A DNA stretch of 64,000 nt from Clostridia bacterium. GTDB lineage: Bacteria > Bacillota > Clostridia > Oscillospirales > CAG-272. Both the position numbers and the translations under genes were made by a program. Of the stretch, positions 19,187 through 29,127 are shown in pieces. The DNA lies in assembly GCA_017547655.1 (NCBI GenBank), contig JAFYPF010000022.1, positions 21,920 through 85,919 of the forward strand. Reading direction: 5' to 3'. The notes under the pieces were generated by a model that worked only from the letters and a program-made list of their open reading frames with translations, did no database searches and was not told the origin of the DNA. How positions within the stretch are numbered: position 1 is the first letter of the stretch; the number at the start of each line of letters is the position of its first letter.

Positions 19187-21582
19187 ATTTTCTTGAATAT
19201 TTAAACAGTAATATAGTTTTCCTTGACGGAGGAATGGGGACTCTGCTTCAGTCGCGAGGACTTAAGGCGGGTGAATATCCCGAAAGATGGAATATTACTC
19301 ATTCTGACATTATCATTGATATACATAAAAGCTACTATGATGCCGGCAGTAACGTTGTTTGCACGAATACTTTTGGCGCAAATATTCTTAAGTTTGATGA
19401 GATTGAGCTTGAAGATATTGTAAAAAATGCTATAGCCAATGCAAGAAAAGCGGCGGAAACAAGTTTGTCGAATAAGCAAAAATTCGTTGCGCTTGATATT
19501 GGACCTTCGGGTAAGCTGCTTAAACCTCTCGGCGATCTTGATTTTGAAGATGCCGTTGATGTCTTTGCGAAAACAGTAAAGCTTGGCGTAAAATACGGGG
19601 CTGACCTTGTTATCATAGAGACTATGAATGATAGCTATGAAACGAAAGCGGCTCTTTTGGCGGCAAAAGAAAACTCAAGTCTTCCCGTTATCGTTTCAAA
19701 TGCATACGGAGAAGACGGAAAGCTTATGACCGGTGCGACTCCGTCTGCTATGGTGGCGCTGATTGAGGGTATGGGTGCCGATGCTTTGGGTGCAAACTGC
19801 TCACTTGGACCAGAACAGCTTCGAAACGTTGCTGTTGAGCTTATAAACAATGCTTCCGTCCCCGTTATCTTGAAGCCTAATGCAGGTCTTCCCAGAATTG
19901 AAGACGGAAAGACTGTTTTCGATATAACTCCCGAAGAATTTGCCGACGAGGTTTGCACTCTCGTGAAAATGGGCGTAAGGGTTGTCGGCGGTTGTTGCGG
20001 AACAACACCCGAATATATAAAACTGCTTGAAGAAAAAATAAAAGATTTATCACCCATTCCTATTATAGATAAAAATAAGACTGTTGTTTCGTCGTATACC
20101 CACACAGTGGAATTTGGAAAGCAACCTATTCTTATCGGCGAAAGAATAAATCCTACGGGAAAGAAACGTTTTAAACAAGCTTTGCTCGAAAACGATATGG
20201 ATTACATTCTTACCGAGGGGGTAAATCAGCAGGAAAAAGGCGTTCACATACTTGACGTTAACGTTGGTCTTCCCGATATTAACGAGGTTGAAATGCTGAA
20301 GAATGCCGTTTGTGAGCTTCAGACGGTAACAAATCTTCCGTTGCAGATAGATACTGCAAATCCTTTGGCTATGGAAAGTGCGATTCGCCGTTATAACGGT
20401 AAGGCTATGATTAACTCGGTTAACGGCAAAAAAGAAAGTATGGAAGCTGTTTTTCCCTTGGTTAAAAAATACGGCGGTCTTGTTGTCGCTTTAACTCTCG
20501 ATGAAGATGGAATTCCCGAAACTGCAGAGGGGAGGGTTGCGGTTGCCGAAAAAATACTTGAAACAGCCGAGGTGTACGGTATTTCGAAAAAAGATATTAT
20601 TTTTGATACACTTGCTATGACTGTAAGCGCTGATAACAATGCGGCGTTTGCTACATTGAAATCGCTGAACTATATAAAAAATAATATCGGTTGTCATACC
20701 TCTCTCGGTGTTTCCAACGTTTCTTTCGGTTTGCCGTATAGAGATGCTATAAACGGTGTTTTTTTCTCGCTTTGTCTTGAAAACGGACTGTCGGCAGCTA
20801 TTATGAACCCTTATTCTGCAGATATGATGAAAACGTATTATGCATTCAGGGCATTAAAGGGGCTTGATGAAAACTGCGCTGATTATATTGCTAATTCGGA
20901 AACCTTTGCAACAACGGTTAATACGCCTATCGCACAAACTCAAAAGACACCCGAGGAATATGGCTCGGAGCTTCAAAAAGCCATTGCGAAAGGCTTGAAA
21001 GATAAAGCTGCAGACCTTACAAAAGCTTTGCTTGAAACGATTGAGCCGCTTGATATTGTCAATAATGAAGTAATACCTGCACTTAATAAGGTGGGTATAG
21101 GTTTTGAAAATAAGACGGTTTATTTGCCACAGCTTCTTATGAGCGCCGAGGCGGCAAAGAGCTCTTTTGAGGTTATAAAAGCGTATATGTCAAATGGCGA
21201 AAAAACGGCTAATAAAGGTATTGTGGTTATTGCAACGGTGCACGGTGATATACACGATATAGGTAAAAATATCGTAAAAATGCTGCTTGAAAATTATGGG
21301 TTTAACGTTGTTGATTTGGGTAAAGACGTTCCGCCCGAAACTGTGCTTGGAAAAGTTGTTGAAACTAAAGCGCCTTTAGCCGTATTGTCTGCATTGATGA
21401 CAACGACTGTTCCCGCTATGGAAGAAACGATAAAACTTCTTAAGAACGACGCACCTTGGTGTAAGGTTGTTGTCGGCGGCGCGGTGTTGACACAGGACTA
21501 TGCCGATAAAATAAATGCCGATAAATATGCAAAAGATGCTATGGAAGCGGTAAGATATGCAGAAGAGGTAATGAAATTTTAG
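19183..21582 (+). CDS. metH: Methionine synthase MetH (Hcy-binding, pterin-binding, cap and B12-binding modules; no C-terminal activation domain)
   Basis: 799 aa with GGCCGTTPE (the zinc site of the Hcy domain), a pterin-binding middle region, and the DxHxxG cobalamin motif HGDIHDIGKN. Confidence 0.95.
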   Translation: MNFLEYLNSNIVFLDGGMGTLLQSRGLKAGEYPERWNITHSDIIIDIHKSYYDAGSNVVCTNTFGANILKFDEIELEDIVKNAIANARKAAETSLSNKQKFVALDIGPSGKLLKPLGDLDFEDAVDVFAKTVKLGVKYGADLVIIETMNDSYETKAALLAAKENSSLPVIVSNAYGEDGKLMTGATPSAMVALIEGMGADALGANCSLGPEQLRNVAVELINNASVPVILKPNAGLPRIEDGKTVFDITPEEFADEVCTLVKMGVRVVGGCCGTTPEYIKLLEEKIKDLSPIPIIDKNKTVVSSYTHTVEFGKQPILIGERINPTGKKRFKQALLENDMDYILTEGVNQQEKGVHILDVNVGLPDINEVEMLKNAVCELQTVTNLPLQIDTANPLAMESAIRRYNGKAMINSVNGKKESMEAVFPLVKKYGGLVVALTLDEDGIPETAEGRVAVAEKILETAEVYGISKKDIIFDTLAMTVSADNNAAFATLKSLNYIKNNIGCHTSLGVSNVSFGLPYRDAINGVFFSLCLENGLSAAIMNPYSADMMKTYYAFRALKGLDENCADYIANSETFATTVNTPIAQTQKTPEEYGSELQKAIAKGLKDKAADLTKALLETIEPLDIVNNEVIPALNKVGIGFENKTVYLPQLLMSAEAAKSSFEVIKAYMSNGEKTANKGIVVIATVHGDIHDIGKNIVKMLLENYGFNVVDLGKDVPPETVLGKVVETKAPLAVLSALMTTTVPAMEETIKLLKNDAPWCKVVVGGAVLTQDYADKINADKYAKDAMEAVRYAEEVMKF

Positions 21583-21601
21583 GTCTTGTGGGGATTTTTT
21601 G

Positions 21602-21643
21602 AAAAATAGCCGATACTGAAACTAATCAGTATCGGCTATTTGT
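21602..21643. terminator. Bidirectional terminator between metH (+) and the MBL hydrolase gene (-)
   Basis: A 14-bp perfect stem, ATAGCCGATACTGA/TCAGTATCGGCTAT, is flanked by A and T runs. Confidence 0.8.
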
Positions 21644-21656
21644 GTTGTATATATTT

Positions 21657-22433
21657 TTATATTATTATTTCTTTTCCTGTTGAAAGATAGTATAGGTTAG
21701 GAAGATAGTTTTTCATAAAGTTATATTGTTCGGTGCCTGTGCAATGGCAGGTATAGTAGGTCGTAGCGAATGATGCAAGTATCTTTGCATATTCCTCTAA
21801 CTTTTCATTAAGGGGAAATTTCGAAAAATGAAATCCTCCTACAAGTATATCGGGTTTAAACCAATCGGTTATATTCATTATACCCTTGTGTGAACAGCCA
21901 CTTATTAAAACATTGTTTCCACCCTCTTCTATAAGCAGATATTGTTCGTGTTTAAAATCCTCGGGGGAAAATATGTCTTCCGATTTAACCAACATACCAA
22001 AATCGCCCACGTTAAACGGTCGGTTGTTGTTATTGCAGGTGCAGAGTGTCAGACAGCAGTCTATTTTGCGGAAGTCTTCCGTAAAAATAAACCTATCGCT
22101 TCCAATGAGGGAGGTATCAAGCCCTATATACTTTTTCTCTGAATTATAGTGTTCTTCGAATGCATATTGATTTATATATATGGGTGATTTTTTGTTTATT
22201 TCAAGAAAACGTCTTATTCCGCCGCCGTGGTCATAATGCCCGTGCGATAGGATAGCTATGTCAACCTCGGTTAAATCAATACCGAGCTTTTCTGCGTTGT
22301 CTGCAAACTTTTCCGACTGCCCCATATCAAAAAGAATTTTATGTTGCTCGGTTTCAATATAAAGCGACAGCCCGTGCTCGGCTGTAAGCTTCTCGTTTTC
22401 TGTCGTGTTTTCAATAAGACTCGTTATTCGCAT
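21657..22433 (-). CDS. MBL-fold metallo-hydrolase
   Basis: 258 aa with the HxHxDH motif ILSHGHYDHGGG. Confidence 0.85.
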   Translation of the reverse strand: MRITSLIENTTENEKLTAEHGLSLYIETEQHKILFDMGQSEKFADNAEKLGIDLTEVDIAILSHGHYDHGGGIRRFLEINKKSPIYINQYAFEEHYNSEKKYIGLDTSLIGSDRFIFTEDFRKIDCCLTLCTCNNNNRPFNVGDFGMLVKSEDIFSPEDFKHEQYLLIEEGGNNVLISGCSHKGIMNITDWFKPDILVGGFHFSKFPLNEKLEEYAKILASFATTYYTCHCTGTEQYNFMKNYLPNLYYLSTGKEIII

Positions 22434-22612
22434 TATCCTAATCCACCTCTGTTTTTTGCTTGTGTTTTTATTTTACCATATTTCCGGTTGTTTGTAAATG
22501 TTTCTTTTTCGAGAAAATGGCGAATTGTGTCGAAAATATACTTGATTAAATTACCTAAATATGTTATTCTGAATGCACTAACAAATAAACTGTAAAAATG
22601 AGGTTATTTATC

Positions 22613-23482
22613 ATGTTGTGGATACTTTCAGCTGTGTTTTCAGCGCTTTTTGCCGGACTTACTTCAATACTTGCAAAGTGCGGTATAAAAAAGACGGATT
22701 CGGATCTTGCTACTGCGTTAAGAACCATTGTAGTACTTTTGTTTTCGTGGATTATGGTGTTTGTGGTCGGCTCTCAGTCAACATTGGGTGATATTAAGCC
22801 TATGTCTTTGCTTTTCCTTGTTCTGTCGGGAATAGCTACGGGGGCATCTTGGATTTGTTATTTTAAGGCATTATCTATGGGGGATATAAACAAAGTCGTG
22901 CCGATTGATAAATCAAGTACGATACTTACTGTCCTTTTGGCTATCATCTGCTTTGGGGAAACATCAAACGTTGTTGTTAAGCTTATTGCAACCTTTATTC
23001 TTGCTGTGGGTATTCTTCTCATGGTTGAAAAGAAAAAGACCGAACAAAAAACAGAAAAGCGCGGTTGGATGCTTTACGCTGTCCTTTCGGCTGTGTTTGC
23101 AGCATTAACATCTATACTTGCAAAAGTGGGAATATCGGGCGTTGAGTCAAATCTCGGTACGGCTATTCGTACGGGTGTTGTGCTTATTCTGGCGTGGGCT
23201 ATTGTCCTTGGCAAGGGTAAGCATAAACAAATAAAATCATTGGACAAAAAAGAACTTGTCTTTATCTCACTTTCGGGTATAGCAACGGGCGCATCTTGGC
23301 TTTGTTACTATTATGCTATACAAATGGGCGAGGTTAGTGTGGTAGTGCCTATTGATAAACTTAGTATTATTGTTACGGTTGCATTTTCCTATATCGTATT
23401 CAAAGAAAAATTGTTGCTTAAAAGCTTTATCGGTCTTGCGCTTATGGTTGCGGGAACATTGCTTATGGCATTTTTTAAATAA
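22613..23482 (+). CDS. DMT-superfamily transporter with two EamA domains
   Basis: About 290 aa made of two homologous 5-TM halves (..LTSILAKCGI.. and ..LTSILAKVGI..). The ATG at 22613 lies 9 nt after GAGG; the ORF opens at 22598. Confidence 0.8.
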   Translation: MLWILSAVFSALFAGLTSILAKCGIKKTDSDLATALRTIVVLLFSWIMVFVVGSQSTLGDIKPMSLLFLVLSGIATGASWICYFKALSMGDINKVVPIDKSSTILTVLLAIICFGETSNVVVKLIATFILAVGILLMVEKKKTEQKTEKRGWMLYAVLSAVFAALTSILAKVGISGVESNLGTAIRTGVVLILAWAIVLGKGKHKQIKSLDKKELVFISLSGIATGASWLCYYYAIQMGEVSVVVPIDKLSIIVTVAFSYIVFKEKLLLKSFIGLALMVAGTLLMAFFK

Positions 23483-23544
23483 AATGATAACAAAACGACA
23501 CCAATCCAATTTGATTGATGTCGTTTTTGGTGCAGTGAACAAAG

Positions 23545-23575
23545 AAAAATCCGAACCTAAAAAGTTCGGATTTCT
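23545..23575 (-). terminator. Rho-independent terminator after tRNA-Leu
   Basis: The stem is AAATCCGAAC/GTTCGGATTT, with a T-run on the minus strand, 7 nt past the tRNA CCA end. Confidence 0.75.
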
Positions 23576-23581
23576 ACTGTT

Positions 23582-23665
23582 TGGTGCGGGTGACAGGAGT
23601 TGAACCTGCACGTCGGGGACACTAGATCCTAAGTCTAGCGCGTCTGCCAATTCCGCCACACCCGC
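23582..23665 (-). tRNA. tRNA-Leu, anticodon TAG, with encoded CCA
   Basis: The reverse complement folds as a class II tRNA. It has the acceptor GCGGGTG/CACCCGC, the anticodon stem CTAGA/TCTAG with loop CT-TAG-GA, a long variable arm, the T-arm GCAGG-TTCAACT-CCTGT, and then A-CCA. Confidence 0.9.
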
Positions 23666-23732
23666 GTATTTTAAGTAATAAGTAATAGTGAATAGGGAAG
23701 AAGTAAAGGTGTTCACTATCTTTGACTCCGTT

Positions 23733-23761
23733 ATTCTACCATACTTTCTTGCTTATGTCAA
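23733..23761 (-). promoter_or_regulatory. Sigma-A type promoter for tRNA-Leu (TTGACA-17-TAGAAT)
   Basis: The minus strand reads TTGACA (23761-23756), a 17-nt spacer, then TAGAAT (23738-23733). It lies about 60 nt upstream of the mature tRNA 5' end. Confidence 0.6.
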
Positions 23762-23814
23762 GATAATACGGCTTATCTGTCAAACCAATTTTTTAAAAAG
23801 TTGAAAATGGGTAT

Positions 23815-23878
23815 TGACTTTCTTTGACCTTCGTGCTATAATGCAATTACAACAAAAGTCAAAGAAAGTCAAAGTCAA
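23815..23878 (+). promoter_or_regulatory. ctsR promoter (TTGACT-16-TATAAT) with CtsR operators
   Basis: The -35 TTGACT is at 23815-23820 and the -10 TATAAT at 23837-23842. The direct heptad repeat AGTCAAA-GAA-AGTCAAA-GTCAA at 23857-23878 matches the published CtsR box (A/G)GTCAAAnAn(A/G)GTCAAA. A second, inverted and imperfect copy (reverse complement GGTCAAAGAAGTCAA) overlaps the -35 at 23815-23830. Confidence 0.8.
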
Positions 23879-23904
23879 TAAAAGTTGTCAGAAGGAGAGC
23901 TCTA

Positions 23905-24357
23905 ATGCTTATATCAGATGCTATTGCCAAGCTTATAGAAGAAATGATAAACGAGGGGGAGGGTGCCGCTGAAATAAAGCGAAATGACCTTGCAGGTCAG
24001 CTCGGCTGCGTTCCAAGTCAGATAAATTATGTAATCACTTCACGCTTTACTCCCGAAAGGGGATACATTATAGAAAGTAGGCGTGGCGGCGGCGGTTACA
24101 TTCGAATAATTCGTAAACAAATGGGTAAAGACGAATATCTTATGCATTTTCTCTATGCTATCGGTGATTCAATAGACGAAAAAGAAGCAGTCGCTTTCCT
24201 CGGCAATCTCTTTGACCAAGAGGTTATCACACAGAGGGAATACGGCTTGCTCGGCAGCTCGGTTTCAAATGCTGCTTTAGGTAAATTACCTGCACCTATA
24301 AGAAATTCTGTCAGAGCCGACGTCTTGCGACATATTATCTTAAGGCTTATGAAGTAA
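23905..24357 (+). CDS. ctsR: Class III stress gene repressor CtsR
   Basis: 150 aa with the conserved LGCVPSQINYVITSRFTPERGYIIESRRGGGGYIRI. It is the first gene of the ctsR-mcsA-mcsB-clpC operon. Confidence 0.92.
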   Translation: MLISDAIAKLIEEMINEGEGAAEIKRNDLAGQLGCVPSQINYVITSRFTPERGYIIESRRGGGGYIRIIRKQMGKDEYLMHFLYAIGDSIDEKEAVAFLGNLFDQEVITQREYGLLGSSVSNAALGKLPAPIRNSVRADVLRHIILRLMK

Positions 24358-24435
24358 AATTATAATAAGTCTATTCATTGAGTTGGTAAACTTTTTTCAA
24401 GAAGTTACCACAAAGATTAAATGGAGGTAAAAATT

Positions 24436-24975
24436 ATGATTTGTAATAAATGCGGAAAAAATAATGCTGAAATATACTATAAACACACCGTAAACGGTCA
24501 AACCAAAGAATATGCGCTTTGTTCGAAGTGCGCTGAACAGTTACAAAAAGAGGGAAAACTTAACGTAAAAATCCCCTCATTGTTTGACGATTTTGATTTT
24601 GGATTTGGCTCGTCAAAGTTTTTCGGGCTGAACGATCTGTTTGGTTTAACCTATGATAACAACAAATCAAAAATTGCAGAAAAGAAAAAATGCACTCTCT
24701 GCGCCTCGACCTTTGATGACCTTGTAAAGAGGGGTAAGGTAGGTTGTGCAAAGTGTTATGAAATATTTGCAGATGAGCTTAATACAAGTGTTGAGAGCAT
24801 ACACGGAAAAGCAAAATATATGGGCAAAAAGCCTAAAAAGTATAAAGAAAAAGAAACAAAAGAAGATAAAATCAAAGACCTAAAAGCGCAAATGAATGCT
24901 GCTATTGAGGCTCAAGAGTTTGAAAAAGCGGCGGTTATCAGAGATGAGATTCGCACTCTTGAAAACGATAATTAA
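24436..24975 (+). CDS. mcsA: McsA, protein-arginine kinase activator (zinc-finger + UVR motif)
   Basis: It has the Cys pairs CNKCGKN...CSKCA and CTLC...CAKC and a C-terminal UVR motif ([15 protein letters not shown]). The ATG at 24436 lies 8 nt after GGAGG. Confidence 0.85.
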   Translation: MICNKCGKNNAEIYYKHTVNGQTKEYALCSKCAEQLQKEGKLNVKIPSLFDDFDFGFGSSKFFGLNDLFGLTYDNNKSKIAEKKKCTLCASTFDDLVKRGKVGCAKCYEIFADELNTSVESIHGKAKYMGKKPKKYKEKETKEDKIKDLKAQMNAAIEAQEFEKAAVIRDEIRTLENDN

Positions 24976-24991
24976 GAAAGGGGATATCTTT

Positions 24992-25996
24992 ATGGCTTGG
25001 TATAACACTGTAGGTAAAGAAAATGACGTCGTCGTCAGCTCACGAATAAGATTTGCAAGAAATATTGCCGACTATCCCTTTGATTCAAAGCTCGACGAAA
25101 CCTCGGCAAATGAAATTATAGAAAAGGTATCTTCGGCTCTCGGAAATGATTTTACCAAAGTCGACTTCAAAGACGTTTCGGCGTACGAGGCTGCTGCCTT
25201 GGTCGAAAAGCATTACATCAGTCCCGATTTTGCTAAAAAGAAGTTGCCGCATACCTTGTTTAAAAACAAAAAAGACGGGGTTGCGGTTATGGTATGCGAG
25301 GAAGACCACATAAGGCTTCAATGCATACTTCCCGGACTTTCGCTTGATAATGCTTTTAAAAATGCCTGTATCTATGATGACGTTTTGGACGATAATCTCA
25401 ATATAGCCTTTAGTGAAAAGTTGGGTTATCTAACCCATTGTCCGACCAATCTCGGTCTTGCAATGCGTGCATCGGTTATGGTATTTCTTCCTGCTCTAAC
25501 TATGACAAAATCTATGGAAAATCTTTCGGTGCAGTTATCAAAGCTCGGTTTTATCATTCGAGGTATGTATGGCGAGGGCTCACAGCCCGACGGATGTCTC
25601 TATCAAATATCTAACCGTATTACTATGGGGGTTACGGAAGATGACACGATTAAGAGGCTTGAAGAAATAGTTACGCAAATATGCGAAAAAGAACGCAAAG
25701 CAAGAGAGATTATAAAAAGCGATAATTTATCTCTTCTTGCAGATAGAATATGCAGAGCATACGGAACACTTAAATATGCAAGAGTTATCAGTTCAAAAGA
25801 GTTCCTAAAGCTTTTTGCTGACGTTAGACTGGGTATCTCGTTAGGCTTAATCAATGATATAACCTATGAAGCTTTAGGGGAAATAATGATTGGCGTTTTA
25901 CCTGCCAATATTGTCTTGCGTAATGGCGGAAAGGTTATCAGCGATTTCGAACGAGACGTTTTGCGTGCAGACTACATCAGAGAATCTATTGGTTGA
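24992..25996 (+). CDS. mcsB: Protein arginine kinase McsB
   Basis: It has the guanido-kinase signature CPTNLGLAMRAS. The N-terminus MAWYNTVGKEND follows AAAGGGG. The ORF track extends to 24896, but that extension overlaps mcsA. Confidence 0.92.
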   Translation: MAWYNTVGKENDVVVSSRIRFARNIADYPFDSKLDETSANEIIEKVSSALGNDFTKVDFKDVSAYEAAALVEKHYISPDFAKKKLPHTLFKNKKDGVAVMVCEEDHIRLQCILPGLSLDNAFKNACIYDDVLDDNLNIAFSEKLGYLTHCPTNLGLAMRASVMVFLPALTMTKSMENLSVQLSKLGFIIRGMYGEGSQPDGCLYQISNRITMGVTEDDTIKRLEEIVTQICEKERKAREIIKSDNLSLLADRICRAYGTLKYARVISSKEFLKLFADVRLGISLGLINDITYEALGEIMIGVLPANIVLRNGGKVISDFERDVLRADYIRESIG

Positions 25997-26031
25997 TTCT
26001 TTCTCCAAAATAAGAAAGGATGAATATATAT

Positions 26032-28503
26032 ATGAACAGCAGATTTACACAATCGGCTCAAAATGCGTTAAATTCAGCGCTTGAATTTGCACGTGAGTTT
26101 GGGCACACATATATCGGAAGTGAACACATATTGCTCGGTCTTCTTGCCGAAAATGACGGAGTCGCATCAAAGCTGTTAACTTCAAAAGGGGCATCTATTG
26201 ATTCTATCAAAGAAACCGTCAAAGAAATATCGGGCGAGGGCAAAAAAACTAACGTTTCTGCGGCTGATATGACGCCTCGCACAAAGAAAATAATCGAAAC
26301 CTCGGCATATCAAGCTATGAGACTCGGTCAAAACTATATCGGAACGGAGCATCTTTTGCTTGGTCTTATTGCCGAAAGCGATTGTGTCGGTGTCAGAATC
26401 CTTGCTTCCAAAAACGTTAACGTAAATGAACTTGCAACCGACCTTGTCAACTATATCAAAGGCGTTGATGACGGCAGTTTTGACGATGTTCAGACTCCCT
26501 CTTCCAAAAATGCGGGGGATATAAGAAAGGGAAGCGGTAAAACACAGCTTAAAGATGCGCCCACTCTAAAGCAATACGGCAGAGACCTAACTGCATTGGC
26601 AAAAGAGGGTAAGCTTGATCCTATTATAGGTAGAGATACCGAAACACAGAGGGTTATACAAATTCTTTCGAGGCGTACCAAAAATAACCCTTGTCTTATA
26701 GGCGAGCCTGGTGTAGGTAAAACGGCGGTTGCCGAGGGACTTGCTCAAAAAATTGTCGAGGGTAACGTTCCCGAAACTTTAGTTGGTAAAATTCTTGTTA
26801 CTCTTGATATATCGGGTATGATTGCGGGTGCAAAATACCGTGGTGAGTTTGAAGAACGACTTAAAAACGTTATGGCTGAAGTAGCAAAGAACCCTAATAT
26901 CATACTCTTTATTGATGAAATACACACCATAATCGGCGCGGGTGCTGCAGAGGGCGCTGTTGATGCTGCAAATATATTAAAGCCTGCTCTTGCAAGGGGC
27001 GAAATGCAGGTTATCGGTGCTACGACTATAGAAGAATACAGAAAGCATATCGAAAAAGATGCCGCGCTCGAAAGACGTTTTCAGTCGGTTATGGTTGGTG
27101 AGCCCTCAAAAGAAGAGGCTGTGCTTATTCTTAAAGGCTTGCGTGATAAATACGAATCACACCATAAAGTAAGAATTACAGACGAGGCTATTGAGGCGGC
27201 GGTTAATCTTTCAACAAGATATATTAACGACAGATTTTTGCCTGATAAGGCGATTGACCTTATCGATGAAGCTGCTTCTAAAATCAGAATAAATAATTTT
27301 ACAAAACCCGACGAAATCAAAGATATTGAAGAAGAGCTTAAAAATATTGACTCGGAGCTCGAAGAGTCAATAAAAGCGCAGGATTTTGAAAAAGCTGCGG
27401 TTATACGTGACAAGAGAAAAGACGTTACCGAAAAATACGAGGAAGAGAAAAAAGCCTGGAAAGAAAAGGCTGGCGGAGAAAATCTTGCAGTTTCCTATGA
27501 GGATATTGCCGATATCGTAACGTTGTGGACGGGTATTCCCGTTAAAAAATTGGCTGAAGAAGAAAGCGAAAGATTGCTTAAGCTTGAAGATATTCTCAAA
27601 GAAAGAATTATCGGTCAGAATGATGCTGTAAGCGCTGTTGCAAGAGCAATAAAGAGGGGAAGAATGGGACTGAAAGATCCCAAAAGACCTATGGGAAGCT
27701 TTTTGTTCCTCGGCCCTACCGGTGTCGGTAAAACGGAGCTTACTAAAGCATTGGCGGATTTACTTTTTGGTGATGCAAACGCTATGATAAGAATAGATAT
27801 GTCCGAATATATGGAAAAGCACAGCGTTTCGAAGCTTATCGGTTCGCCTCCGGGATATGTCGGATACGACGAGGGTGGTCAGCTTACCGAAAAAATAAGA
27901 CGTAAACCGTATTCGGTAGTATTGTTCGATGAGATAGAAAAAGCTCACCCCGACGTATTTAATATGCTTCTTCAGGTGCTTGAGGACGGCATTTTGACCG
28001 ATTCGCAGGGAAGACGGGTTGACTTTAAAAACACTGTTATAATAATGACCTCGAACGTAGGCGCATCTGCGCTTGAAACAAAGAGGAGCATGGGATTTGC
28101 CTCTGCGGATAACTCCGAAAAAGAAAAAGAGGACGTGAAAACCTTGCTTATGTCGCATCTTAAGCAAACCTTCCGTCCCGAGTTTATCAACCGTATTGAT
28201 GAAATTATTATATTTAACAAGCTTACACAGCCCGATATTGAGAGAATATCCAATATTATGCTTGCCGAGGTAGGCAGAAGAATTGAGGCTTTGGGCGTTA
28301 CTGTAACGTTCGACGAAAGCATAACCAAGCTTGTTTCAAAAGAGGGATTTGATCCTTCGTTTGGCGCAAGACCTCTTCGTCGTACTATTCAAAGGCTTAT
28401 CGAAGATAGCTTCTCTACGGAAATGCTTGAGGGTAAGATACAAAAAGGCGATATTGTTACCGTTAAAGAAGTTGGCGGAAACGTCGAATATCATAAGGAT
28501 TAA
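26032..28503 (+). CDS. clpC: ATP-dependent Clp protease ATP-binding subunit ClpC
   Basis: It has two Clp_N repeats, Walker A motifs GEPGVGKTA and GPTGVGKTE, and a UVR linker ([11 protein letters not shown]). The start is either 26020 or 26032; 26032 gives the typical MNSRFTQ N-terminus. Confidence 0.95.
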   Translation: MNSRFTQSAQNALNSALEFAREFGHTYIGSEHILLGLLAENDGVASKLLTSKGASIDSIKETVKEISGEGKKTNVSAADMTPRTKKIIETSAYQAMRLGQNYIGTEHLLLGLIAESDCVGVRILASKNVNVNELATDLVNYIKGVDDGSFDDVQTPSSKNAGDIRKGSGKTQLKDAPTLKQYGRDLTALAKEGKLDPIIGRDTETQRVIQILSRRTKNNPCLIGEPGVGKTAVAEGLAQKIVEGNVPETLVGKILVTLDISGMIAGAKYRGEFEERLKNVMAEVAKNPNIILFIDEIHTIIGAGAAEGAVDAANILKPALARGEMQVIGATTIEEYRKHIEKDAALERRFQSVMVGEPSKEEAVLILKGLRDKYESHHKVRITDEAIEAAVNLSTRYINDRFLPDKAIDLIDEAASKIRINNFTKPDEIKDIEEELKNIDSELEESIKAQDFEKAAVIRDKRKDVTEKYEEEKKAWKEKAGGENLAVSYEDIADIVTLWTGIPVKKLAEEESERLLKLEDILKERIIGQNDAVSAVARAIKRGRMGLKDPKRPMGSFLFLGPTGVGKTELTKALADLLFGDANAMIRIDMSEYMEKHSVSKLIGSPPGYVGYDEGGQLTEKIRRKPYSVVLFDEIEKAHPDVFNMLLQVLEDGILTDSQGRRVDFKNTVIIMTSNVGASALETKRSMGFASADNSEKEKEDVKTLLMSHLKQTFRPEFINRIDEIIIFNKLTQPDIERISNIMLAEVGRRIEALGVTVTFDESITKLVSKEGFDPSFGARPLRRTIQRLIEDSFSTEMLEGKIQKGDIVTVKEVGGNVEYHKD

Positions 28504-28536
28504 AAAAGATGTGTGGTTTTTCCACACATCTTTTTA
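28502..28536. terminator. Bidirectional rho-independent terminator between clpC and pgsA
   Basis: The stem is AAGATGTGTGG/CCACACATCTT, flanked by an A-run and a T-run. It overlaps the pgsA stop codon. Confidence 0.8.
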
Positions 28537-29127
28537 CTTTTCAGGATCAAGTAATGGCCAGTACGCCTTGAGATAATCAAGCCCCGACCATATTGTCATA
28601 AACACCATAAACGCCAATGATATATAGCTGATTATATGATACTCTGCTATAAAAGTTTTGCCGAAAAATGCAGGCTCGAGAATCATAACAATTATGCAAA
28701 CTATCTGCGATACAGTCTTTACTTTTCCGAGGTATGCTGCCGCTATAACCACATTTGCGCCGTTTGATACAATCATACGGAGAGAGGTTACTGCAAGCTC
28801 ACGCAATATTACAATGAACGTTGCCCACGCAAAAATCATAAAGAAAACTTTATCTTCAGTCAATGTAGTCAATATAGCTATGTAACCGCCTATCGTCATA
28901 AGCTTGTCCGCAACGGGATCAAGAAATTTTCCGAAGTCCGTAATAAGATTGTATTTTCTTGCAATCTTGCCGTCAAGCATATCCGTCAATGCTGTTAAAC
29001 CGAATATAGAGGCTGCAACTATTCTCGACCAAAACTGTCCTAATACGGGAAACATAATTATAAACATAAAGAACGGTATCATTATCATTCTCAAAACCGT
29101 CAATTTATTCGGAAGATTCATTTTCAT
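28534..29127 (-). CDS. pgsA: CDP-diacylglycerol--glycerol-3-phosphate 3-phosphatidyltransferase PgsA
   Basis: 197 aa with the CDP-alcohol phosphotransferase motif DMLDGKIARKYNLITDFGKFLDPVADK. Confidence 0.9.
   Translation of the reverse strand: MKMNLPNKLTVLRMIMIPFFMFIIMFPVLGQFWSRIVAASIFGLTALTDMLDGKIARKYNLITDFGKFLDPVADKLMTIGGYIAILTTLTEDKVFFMIFAWATFIVILRELAVTSLRMIVSNGANVVIAAAYLGKVKTVSQIVCIIVMILEPAFFGKTFIAEYHIISYISLAFMVFMTIWSGLDYLKAYWPLLDPEK

Noticed and set aside
23267-23716. A 149-aa minus-strand ORF overlapping the end of the EamA gene and the whole tRNA-Leu.
   Set aside because: It reads straight through a well-folded tRNA gene and two terminators, so it is an artefact of the ORF caller.
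24896-24991. An upstream extension of McsB overlapping the end of mcsA, and similar caller-extended starts for glmS (46510), citF (44953), citD (43837), citC (43738) and ytvI (16457).
   Set aside because: The extensions lack an RBS and overlap the preceding gene or a promoter. The internal starts give the conserved N-termini and have well-spaced Shine-Dalgarno sequences.
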